Shown: positions 1-7,097 of the stretch, one piece after another
How positions within the stretch are numbered: position 1 is the stretch's first letter
How the letters are laid out: each line of letters begins with the position of its first letter
The notes under the pieces: generated by a model
Database searches by the model: none
What the model was told of the DNA's origin: nothing
What the model saw: only the letters and a program-made list of their open reading frames with translations
IMG/VR virus record: IMGVR_UViG_3300050138_000093
Span: 1 to 35,872 of that record
From: a virus
Length of the DNA: 35,872 nucleotides
Strand: one strand, 5' to 3'
Translations under genes and position numbers: made by a program

Positions 1-127
1 CCTTGGCCCATCTCTTGCGTGGGATCGGGTTGTTGTTCTTGTTGGCCTGGCATTTGACCGCCCTGACCACCACCTGTAATCATATCTTGAAGGGCTTTAA
101 ATTGGTTAAATTCATACATTGGGTCGT
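1..127. repeat. Terminal overlap, copy A (identical to 35746-35872). It marks circular closure of the contig.
   Basis: All 127 nt at the window start are identical to the last 127 nt. A minus-strand reading frame stays open across the join. Confidence 0.95.
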
Positions 128-371
128 TTTTATGTTTCAACCCAAGCAATTGCTCTTCTAATAATTTACGCTGCAAGTCGGAGTTAGCGCCTGAGCGTGC
201 AAATTGCGCCTTACGCAGCGCCATTTCTTGCTTAAAATGCTCTTCCAATTGTTTTTGATGCTCGCGATCGAGTATAGGCTGCATAATCCGGGTAAACATA
301 GAGCTTCCGGTATCAACGCCTTTTCTTAAGGTCTCGGCCATATCGCCGGGCAATGGGATTCCTGTAGCCAT
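1..371 (-). CDS. 5' part of a junction-spanning gene for a Gln/Gly/Met-rich internal virion (ejection-type) protein. It continues at 35745 down to 35049, about 355 aa in total.
   Basis: ATG at 371 overlaps the upstream TAA stop (TAATG). Hand translation gives MATGIPLPGDMAETLRKGVDTGSSMFTRIMQPILDREHQKQLEEHFKQEMALRKAQFARSGANSDLQRKLLEEQLLGLKHKNDP. These 84 codons are in frame with the MYEFNQF Met at 119, which equals 35864. The ORF track misses this part because the circle was cut here. Confidence 0.7.
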   Translation of the reverse strand, partial: MATGIPLPGDMAETLRKGVDTGSSMFTRIMQPILDREHQKQLEEHFKQEMALRKAQFARSGANSDLQRKLLEEQLLGLKHKNDPMYEFNQFKALQDMITGGGQGGQMPGQQEQQPDPTQEMGQ

Positions 372-1033
372 TACGCACCCCCTGATAAATTCCAGCGTTT
401 AGCTAAGGCCCCACCAATTGGGCCGCCTAAAGCGCTCCCTGCAAGCCCTACGCCTTGGCCAATCAAGCTGCTTAACATATTACCGCCCGCATTTTGTTTA
501 CCATAGGCCATGCCCGCAGAGTTCTGCCCTTGAGTCATTGCGTTTTGGCCCTGATTCATAGCATTTTGGCTCATGGAGTTAGCGGCATTCGCCCCCGTTC
601 CATAAGCGCCTTGAACTAGACCTGCCCCTGCTAAATATTTTTGCATCAGGTTGTCAAGATAGTTTTGTCTATCATCTAAGCCTATTTGCGTCGTTCCCTT
701 TTGTACGGCATTAATCCCGGTATTGGAACCCATCAATCCCATAGAGCTTAAGGCGTTCATGCCGTGCTCTTGGGCCATATTTTCCGCGTTTTTAGCTGAT
801 TCGCTTTCGGTATAGCCTTTAGCCCATTTATCTTGCAGGGCTTGGGGATCCATTAAATTTTTAATGTAATCGTTTAAATTAGAATACTGATCCATCCCGT
901 TTTGATTGTAGGGCTGCTGGTATCCTTGCGCCTGATTGTATAGGTCTTGTGATTGCCCATAGTATTTATCAAGCTGCTCTTGGCCCTTCTCATATCCTTT
1001 GCCGGGGTGTAAAAAACTCGATAGCCAGCTCAT
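371..1033 (-). CDS. Gly/Gln/Asn/Met-rich internal virion (ejection-type) protein, putative
   Basis: 220-aa ORF in the virion operon, joined to the next gene by a TAATG overlap. Low-complexity composition (NAMNQGQNAMTQGQN) and a Gly-rich C-terminus. No catalytic motif seen. Confidence 0.55.
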   Translation of the reverse strand: MSWLSSFLHPGKGYEKGQEQLDKYYGQSQDLYNQAQGYQQPYNQNGMDQYSNLNDYIKNLMDPQALQDKWAKGYTESESAKNAENMAQEHGMNALSSMGLMGSNTGINAVQKGTTQIGLDDRQNYLDNLMQKYLAGAGLVQGAYGTGANAANSMSQNAMNQGQNAMTQGQNSAGMAYGKQNAGGNMLSSLIGQGVGLAGSALGGPIGGALAKRWNLSGGA

Positions 1034-1045
1034 AGTAAACTCCTT

Positions 1046-1342
1046 TTATGGATAAGCGGCAGTCGTGAATTTGACTAGCGCCCCGCTTTGCTTCCCTACA
1101 TAGACGTTATTTGTTGTGTCATACAACAAGATCCCATTTCCAAAATCACCCGCTGTATTCATAGCCGTAATCTCTGCAGCGGTAAGATTAGGGGCCGTTA
1201 AAAAATTAAATGATTGCTGAATATTTAAAATATCCTCATTTAACGTGTCTACCAATACCCAGAGCCATTGCAAAAATTGATAATCAAACGTGTCATTATC
1301 TGCAATCGGTGCTGAGTCTATCCTTTCCAAAAATAAGGCCAT
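1046..1342 (-). CDS. Hypothetical small virion-module protein (98 aa)
   Basis: ORF with a TAATG start/stop overlap with the upstream tail-hub candidate. Position is between tail-hub and ejection-type genes. Confidence 0.55.
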   Translation of the reverse strand: MALFLERIDSAPIADNDTFDYQFLQWLWVLVDTLNEDILNIQQSFNFLTAPNLTAAEITAMNTAGDFGNGILLYDTTNNVYVGKQSGALVKFTTAAYP

Positions 1343-3135
1343 TAATTAGCGCCTCCTGAAACCCTGCGTGTATTTCTTACGGCCCCCAATATAACTATCG
1401 GCGCAGAGCTTACACAAACGAGCTTGTAGCAACGATTACGACTTATGGCTAGCTCATACCACCTCATCCGCCATCGGTACGCACCTAGAGGGCTAAACTC
1501 GCGATTATCAGCGGTTAAAAAAGTTTCGCCGCCATCATCAGAATAATACAACTCAACGTGAGGTTTAAATAAAGCGTAATAATGATTGTCATCAAAAGTG
1601 GGTGTGTTTGAGCCTTCTGCAATAATAAATTTATCATCTTCTGAAAGCATGTATACAGGGGAGTTAGGCGTACTATCCTCACCAACAATATAAACGGTAT
1701 TAAGAAAGGGAGCACTATTCTTATAGAAAGTCTTATTACCGAATACAAAATCAATCTCAACATATTCATCCATGAACTCCGAGTAATCAGGCAGATAAAT
1801 CTGCTGGGTTACAAGCTCATAACGCATCGGGTATTTTAAGAATGCATCATCAGCTTGGGGATCGGGCTGATCGGGATTTCTAAGCTCATTGTGATAAATA
1901 TTACCCGCCATCTGATAAATAGCCGGGTCGTCCAATACCGTTACCAGATGCGCGTTGTTAAAATAGATGTGTTTTTGTATACGGGAACGCTCGCCGTTTA
2001 GCTCAATACAACGCCCCCATTTTCCGGTTTCAAAGTTATATTCAATGGAGTTTGAATTATCAATGATATCCAAATCCCCAAAACTTACAAATTGCCCGGC
2101 AGCAGCACGATAAAATATTGTATTCTCGTACTGATACAAAAACCCATCCACTTCATTCGTTAAAAAAGGACTTAGGGTATTATCATGCGTTGAGTTTTCT
2201 AATAAAACATTAATAGCCTCTGAGGATATATCCTCAGGTTTCTGCCCGCTGCTTACCATAAATGATACAAGGCCGTTGGCGTTTTTTGCCAGCCAGACCA
2301 TCATGCCAAAATCCACCGATAAACTATTCGGATCGGCAATTCCAAAATCAAAATTATAGGAGCTGTTTAGCTTCCATGGAAACTCAGTTAACACCCCACC
2401 AACAGATATCTGGGTAATAATGTTAGCCCAAACGTCGGTCGTAAAATCGCACATGATATACAATTGATTGTGCAAGACCGCAAGTTGACCAATCACTCCT
2501 GATGCAAAAGCGTTGAGCGCCGCCCCTGTAACCGGATCGGTAAAATACGTCCCCGCATTACCTGCAAGATTAATCTGTGACAAATAAAACTCAGGCGTGC
2601 CTGCCTTACTTACGACGAAGCGGTTACCGAACGCTGCAACGTAGAGAGGTTTACCTCCGGTGGTAGCACCGCCGGGGGCGTTTGGATCGGTAACCACTGC
2701 TGCCGTAACCGTAGAACCTGTCTCCGTAATTACGAAAATATTGGTTCCATCAGTCAACATATTTTGAACCGAGTTGCCAACCGCAAGGGTTGCAAACCAT
2801 ATAGGCCCACCCAGTGCGACGTTTATAGGCAATACTTTTTTGTTATAAAAGTTATCATACTGTATAACACTTGTCCCATCTACCACGTACAAAAAGTTAA
2901 TTGATTTGTATTCAGCACGGGGTTGGGAGTTAAATATCAGACGGTTTTCGTTTAAAAACCGTACATGAGCGCGTCCCATAGCGGGATAGAGCGCTTGTTG
3001 TTTTTTGCCGGATTCCACTTGGATTCCATACCAATTGGCGCAGTCCATTGCTCCGAATTGGGTGAAACGCTGCTTGTCGTAATAACAAAATATCGGCAGT
3101 TGTTCTATTGACGCTGCGCCGGGGTTTTGGGCCAT
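1342..3135 (-). CDS. Putative tail hub / packaged-DNA stabilisation protein (P22 gp10-like pattern)
   Basis: Start moved to the ATG at 3135, which overlaps the upstream TAA (TAATG). N-terminal SIEQLPIF resembles P22 gp10 PIQQLPMM. The C-terminal pattern (YSDDGGETF...YRWRMRWYELAISRNRCYKLVCVSSAPIVILG) resembles the gp10 C-terminus. Both comparisons are from memory, not a search. Confidence 0.45.
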   Translation of the reverse strand: MAQNPGAASIEQLPIFCYYDKQRFTQFGAMDCANWYGIQVESGKKQQALYPAMGRAHVRFLNENRLIFNSQPRAEYKSINFLYVVDGTSVIQYDNFYNKKVLPINVALGGPIWFATLAVGNSVQNMLTDGTNIFVITETGSTVTAAVVTDPNAPGGATTGGKPLYVAAFGNRFVVSKAGTPEFYLSQINLAGNAGTYFTDPVTGAALNAFASGVIGQLAVLHNQLYIMCDFTTDVWANIITQISVGGVLTEFPWKLNSSYNFDFGIADPNSLSVDFGMMVWLAKNANGLVSFMVSSGQKPEDISSEAINVLLENSTHDNTLSPFLTNEVDGFLYQYENTIFYRAAAGQFVSFGDLDIIDNSNSIEYNFETGKWGRCIELNGERSRIQKHIYFNNAHLVTVLDDPAIYQMAGNIYHNELRNPDQPDPQADDAFLKYPMRYELVTQQIYLPDYSEFMDEYVEIDFVFGNKTFYKNSAPFLNTVYIVGEDSTPNSPVYMLSEDDKFIIAEGSNTPTFDDNHYYALFKPHVELYYSDDGGETFLTADNREFSPLGAYRWRMRWYELAISRNRCYKLVCVSSAPIVILGAVRNTRRVSGGAN

Positions 3136-4076
3136 TAAATACCTGCCCGGACGCGCCACGCCCCGTTAAGCAATGATTGCTCATCACCCATGATGGATAG
3201 ATTGACCTCGCTTGCAGACTCCATATTGTCCTTAAGCTCTCGGTACTCTGCCTCTAAATCGGGCGTCCATGCAGAACCTCGTCCTTTAAACTTTGATACA
3301 TACTTAGCTACTGCATATAAAAAATACAGATGCCAATATTCAGGAACCAAGCTAAGGTCGTCATTGACCGTTAAGAGTGGTAACTGAAATTTACCCCGAC
3401 AAAAGAAGGTGTAAAATTGGCTGGGTGCAGGGTATAGCCTTGCACTTACAATTTGTGTGTCGGGGAATGTAATAATAAATCGCGGCAATCCTTGCAGCGG
3501 TTCGTATTTCCATGCGGATAAATAATCATCGCGGGACTTATCAATCAGAGGATAGGTTACGCCACTTAATACAAGCCATGCGTTATCAAGGTTGGCAAGA
3601 CGCCCTTCTTTGATATAAACCACTGTAGGATCGACCACGGTATGAATAAACGTTAATGCCGACGTGCCTGTAAATGTTGCATTGGCGGTTAGCGTTACCT
3701 GATTTACGTTAATGGATAAAATAGTGGTATTAAGGGGGATCCCATTGCCAACCACCGCATCCCCTACCTGATAAATTGTGCCATCGGCTACGTTAAACGT
3801 GGGTAGTGTTGCGGTTAATACCACGTTTTCAACTTGGGTGGTGGTATTGGTATAGGAGCGATCGGTAAATAAAATACTTTGCACCCCTAAATTTATATTA
3901 ACAGTCACTGTTTTGGCAATAGTTAGCATCAGCCCTGAGCTTGCATAAGATTGCAATATTTGATTCAAAATACGCACAGCCAGCTTTTCATCATCCCCGT
4001 GTAATGGAACCGTGGGGTTTGATGCGCTGATTAAGCGATACATTTGAAAGCAAAACTCCCGGACTGTCATAGCCAT
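3135..4076 (-). CDS. Putative head-tail adaptor / virion structural protein (313 aa)
   Basis: Position is between the coat region and the tail-hub candidate. The N-terminus (RLISASNP...DEKLAVRILNQILQSYASSGL) resembles the N-terminal pattern of P22 gp4-type adaptors. TAATG coupling at both ends. Confidence 0.35.
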   Translation of the reverse strand: MAMTVREFCFQMYRLISASNPTVPLHGDDEKLAVRILNQILQSYASSGLMLTIAKTVTVNINLGVQSILFTDRSYTNTTTQVENVVLTATLPTFNVADGTIYQVGDAVVGNGIPLNTTILSINVNQVTLTANATFTGTSALTFIHTVVDPTVVYIKEGRLANLDNAWLVLSGVTYPLIDKSRDDYLSAWKYEPLQGLPRFIITFPDTQIVSARLYPAPSQFYTFFCRGKFQLPLLTVNDDLSLVPEYWHLYFLYAVAKYVSKFKGRGSAWTPDLEAEYRELKDNMESASEVNLSIMGDEQSLLNGAWRVRAGI

Positions 4077-4435
4077 TATTTGCTCGCTGTCTTAGGTAGA
4101 AAATCATCTCCCGGCTTTACCTCAAACGCTGCGTCCTCAGGTATTGCCTCATCCTCGATTAAATCATCCTCAACCTCGTCCTCTACTACCTCAGGCTTTG
4201 CCTTTGGCGCAGGTTTTCGCACGCGAGGTGCAGGTTTTGTTTTTTCCTCTTCGACCTTGGCAATACTGGCGGCTGCATCCTCTTTGGTAGCAAACCATAA
4301 ACCTGATTGCATATTGGCCTCGAACTCTTCCCATGACTCAACCAAACGCTGGTCACCGGAGGGTGCGTAAATGAATGCTCTAAAATTCTTTTTTTCTACA
4401 ATTCGGCCTAGATAAGTAGCTGGTACACCTTTCAT
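4076..4435 (-). CDS. Hypothetical protein with an acidic/Lys-Pro-rich C-terminal half
   Basis: ORF directly after the coat-gene terminator. The ATG at 4435 has the best AAGGA spacing (8 nt). Alternative starts are at 4441, 4444 and 4453. Confidence 0.5.
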   Translation of the reverse strand: MKGVPATYLGRIVEKKNFRAFIYAPSGDQRLVESWEEFEANMQSGLWFATKEDAAASIAKVEEEKTKPAPRVRKPAPKAKPEVVEDEVEDDLIEDEAIPEDAAFEVKPGDDFLPKTASK

Positions 4436-4456
4436 AATCATCATCCTTGTCAAGCG

Positions 4457-4496
4457 TAAAATTCACACGCTCCAGATTGGCAAGCGTGTGAATTTT
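4457..4496. terminator. Intrinsic terminator hairpin after the coat gene, bidirectional in form
   Basis: Perfect 12-bp stem AATTCACACGCT / AGCGTGTGAATT with an 11-nt loop, flanked by an A-run on one side and a T-run on the other. Confidence 0.7.
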
Positions 4497-4502
4497 TTAA
4501 GA

Positions 4503-5741
4503 TTAAGAGCAGATTCGAACCGCGAACTCTGGGTTGATTGCCACACCGCATATAACGTCGATACGATCTAACTGCTCATAGTTACGGATATCCGCACCAA
4601 GAGAGTAGGTCATAGCTAGTTTATAAAGGTCGGAGTAACGTGTTACTGCCTCAACACCACCACGAAGCTCTTTGATAGGAGGAGCTGCGAATACAACCGC
4701 TTGAGTGTGGTAAGCCAGAGATACGTTATGGCTGTTTCTCAACAACATTTGTGCGCCGTTAGGAATAGCCGCAGAGATGTTTTGACGAGCGCCGTCGATA
4801 ACGATAGTAGGGTTAACAGGGATATCTGCAGTACCACCACCTGTTGCAATTACTGTGGCTGTCACTACGAACTGAGCACGCTGCTCTAGGGCATCGTAAG
4901 TCAATGGGTTAACCATAAACACGCCAGCCGCATCATCCACCTCGATAATATCCCCAATATTGAAGGCTACTACTGATGGAATTAACCCGGTTACGGAGAT
5001 GGTATTACCGCCTACGATTGGGCCGTTAGTTACAGTACCTGCTAAATTAAATCCTGCAGGGGGTGTGCCACCTGCTTGTCCTGCCCCTGCAATTTGACGA
5101 CTTAAGAAGTTAGTCTTGAAGAAGTCAAAGCCTGATAAGTGACCGACGAATCCATCAATCAACGCCCCTGTATTTACAGTGTTATTGAATGTGGTGTAGA
5201 GGTCATTTGACAGGTTAGCAGCAATTCTTGGGCCAATACCGGAGTAACGTTTGCCGTCTTCTGGGATTGCAAGCTCTGTCATGTATGCATCAGCGCTTAG
5301 AATCGTATTGAAGTCTACGGGGACGCCCGGTGTTCCTACCGCTTGATAGGTTTTAGTTTGGAACTCGGAGGCTATGAATTTCTCGACCAAGTTAGCCAGA
5401 CGTTTAGCTCGTGGGGCGTTTGCCATTTCCAAATAAGGCTCGTCACGCGCTCTGTCGAATGTCAGGTTAAATCCTGTGTATTCGATCATAGTACGGAATT
5501 GCTTAGTAATTGATAACGGACGGATAATTTGAACACGCGCCTCGGCTGTAGCAGATGCACCCTCACCCGCTAGATATCTTTCTTCTAAACGGTAATCAAG
5601 AGTTTGACCTGTTGCGAAACGTAAGTTTTTGAAGTCGCCTTCAAGGTTTCTGTTTGCTGTACGTGCGAATGATAACGAGTTCCAGAATCGGACGAAAACG
5701 TCGTCCAATACATACTGGGTTTCTCTAAATAGATTAGCCAT
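4503..5741 (-). CDS. Major capsid (coat) protein, P22-coat-like
   Basis: 412 aa from the ATG at 5741 (GGGAGAA RBS upstream; the track start at 5759 is less likely). Segments such as APRAKRLANLVEKFIASEF and the C-terminal GVAINPEFAVRI parallel P22 gp5, from memory. Flanked by its own promoter-like site and a strong terminator. Confidence 0.8.
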   Translation of the reverse strand: MANLFRETQYVLDDVFVRFWNSLSFARTANRNLEGDFKNLRFATGQTLDYRLEERYLAGEGASATAEARVQIIRPLSITKQFRTMIEYTGFNLTFDRARDEPYLEMANAPRAKRLANLVEKFIASEFQTKTYQAVGTPGVPVDFNTILSADAYMTELAIPEDGKRYSGIGPRIAANLSNDLYTTFNNTVNTGALIDGFVGHLSGFDFFKTNFLSRQIAGAGQAGGTPPAGFNLAGTVTNGPIVGGNTISVTGLIPSVVAFNIGDIIEVDDAAGVFMVNPLTYDALEQRAQFVVTATVIATGGGTADIPVNPTIVIDGARQNISAAIPNGAQMLLRNSHNVSLAYHTQAVVFAAPPIKELRGGVEAVTRYSDLYKLAMTYSLGADIRNYEQLDRIDVICGVAINPEFAVRICS

Positions 5742-5878
5742 ATTGTTCTCCCTGAACAAATGTTTAATAAATACTCAAAATGAGTGCCTACTTTTCATTT
5801 GTCAGACGGAGACAATTAACAACTAATACGCGTCTAAATGTATTGTTGGGTGATGGGTTCCCTTACGCATCAATTTGA

Positions 5879-5908
5879 ATCTTAGGTCACATACCACACT
5901 TTTGTCAA
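5879..5908 (-). promoter_or_regulatory. Candidate sigma70-type promoter for the coat gene
   Basis: On the minus strand: TTGACA (reverse complement of 5903-5908), 18-nt spacer, TAAGAT (reverse complement of 5879-5884). Confidence 0.4.
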
Positions 5909-5915
5909 ATGTGGG

Positions 5916-5956
5916 CCGAATTCGGTTTATTGAAAACCGAATTCGGTTATTCGGTT
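5916..5956. repeat. Two copies of the 10-bp palindrome CCGAATTCGG plus a third partial TTCGGTT
   Basis: CCGAATTCGG at 5916-5925 and 5937-5946; TTCGGTT again at 5950-5956. The copies can pair as one long hairpin or two short ones. Confidence 0.8.
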
Positions 5957-6155
5957 AATGTGATAAAAGGCGAATTAATGTTTCTGATGCAATAGGATGT
6001 AACTTATCCAATTGGGCTTTAAGCTCAAATATTAAATCAAGACCATGTTTTAAATCGCCAAGAGCATCGCGTTCAAAACGCTTGTCAGGTTCACTTTGTA
6101 CGCAGCCACTATCACGCAGCCGAGGCCCCATATATGCATGTAAAATACTCATCAT
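5955..6155 (-). CDS. Hypothetical protein (66 aa) between the scaffold and coat genes
   Basis: ATGA start/stop overlap with the scaffold gene. No motif recognised. Confidence 0.45.
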   Translation of the reverse strand: MMSILHAYMGPRLRDSGCVQSEPDKRFERDALGDLKHGLDLIFELKAQLDKLHPIASETLIRLLSH

Positions 6156-7078
6156 CTATGTCCTTTTAATCGTGTTCTTACTGTTGCCAGTCTCTTGGCA
6201 TCAGCTCTAGCCAATAAATCATCACCGTTAGGATCTGATTTCTTTTTCGGCGCGTTGGTAGTGGCGTCCTCTTGCGTGCGGCCTAGGGGACGCGGTGCTT
6301 TTGTGGTGGGTTTATTTCTGCGCATACGTTCCTCAAGCCGTCCCATTTCAGTCATTTGAACGTAGGGATCGCGTATTTTTGATATACGCTCAAGCTCGCC
6401 CGGATTACGTTTTGCCGCTGCATATAAAAATGCTGCGGGGTTTTCCATGGCACGGGTAGCTAGCGTCATAGGGTTTGATATTTCAAACGGTAGGCTTGTC
6501 ATGACATCCCTAAAATCATCAAAATTATTCATCCCATCTCTAAACTTGGTTTCAAATTCAGCCTGCGCCTGTGCCTCTTGTTGCCGGGATTGTGCCTCTT
6601 GTTGGTCGCGCGTCATTGAGTTAACGGTCTGCTTTACAAAGCTGGCTAGTTGTTGCTGCCAATCGCCACCCGCATCGGGATCGTATTCAAAATCTTTCGC
6701 GGCCTGCTGTACTTGTTGGCTTGCCCCTTGATTAGCTAGTTGTTGGCGTAACGCATCAATTTCAGCCTGATGTTTGCGGGCTTGACGGGCTAGACGCTCA
6801 CGTATTGCCTCATTTTCAGGCTCTTTTTCGTTGCCATACTCATCAACCTCAACCTCTTTTTTCTTAGGCTTTTCTTGCCGCTCATCCTCATACTCGTCGG
6901 ACTCGTCTGGTGTCTCGTCAGGAGTATCATCGGCAGGCTCATCATCAACGCCATAATCTGGCGTATCATTATCAAGTTCCTCGATAGGCTCTGGTGTATC
7001 CTGATATTCAGGGGTATCGGGCTGCTGTGAGTTACCACCACCGCCCATCAAAAGTTCATCAATACTGCTTATAGCCAT
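6152..7078 (-). CDS. Scaffolding protein, putative
   Basis: Position is between portal and coat. It has a highly acidic N-terminal third and a helical, charged Q/E/R-rich remainder. Start set at the ATG at 7078 (GAGAGGGAA RBS), which avoids overlap with the portal stop at 7098. Confidence 0.6.
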   Translation of the reverse strand: MAISSIDELLMGGGGNSQQPDTPEYQDTPEPIEELDNDTPDYGVDDEPADDTPDETPDESDEYEDERQEKPKKKEVEVDEYGNEKEPENEAIRERLARQARKHQAEIDALRQQLANQGASQQVQQAAKDFEYDPDAGGDWQQQLASFVKQTVNSMTRDQQEAQSRQQEAQAQAEFETKFRDGMNNFDDFRDVMTSLPFEISNPMTLATRAMENPAAFLYAAAKRNPGELERISKIRDPYVQMTEMGRLEERMRRNKPTTKAPRPLGRTQEDATTNAPKKKSDPNGDDLLARADAKRLATVRTRLKGHR

Positions 7079-7097
7079 AGTTCCCTCTCTCTTTTGT

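Noticed and set aside
1-127. The 127-bp terminal repeat as a biological direct terminal repeat or cos-type end
   Set aside because: It lies in the middle of an open reading frame that is continuous across the join. Its length equals a standard maximum assembly k-mer. Circular-closure overlap is the simpler reading, although read-terminus data would be needed to exclude a DTR.
1515-1769. Shadow ORFs inside or antisense to large genes, from the track. Examples are 1515-1769, 2930-3187, 3190-3387, 4044-4370, 4701-4889, 5629-5826, 6447-6731, 6790-7041, 7248-7684, 7799-8571 and 8776-9024. The same applies to 9902-10773, 10986-11279, 11312-11515, 11630-12773, 14534-14801, 18126-18395, 18713-19068, 20569-20901 and 22369-22563. 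It also covers 25088-25629, 25973-26227, 26623-26835, 27187-27405, 28791-29792, 30665-30962, 31002-31497, 32457-32678, 33377-33893, 34877-35095 and 35636-35818.
   Set aside because: Each is fully nested in, or antisense to, a longer ORF with recognisable function or operon context. They have low-complexity or biased translations (Ser/Leu/Arg-rich) and no RBS.
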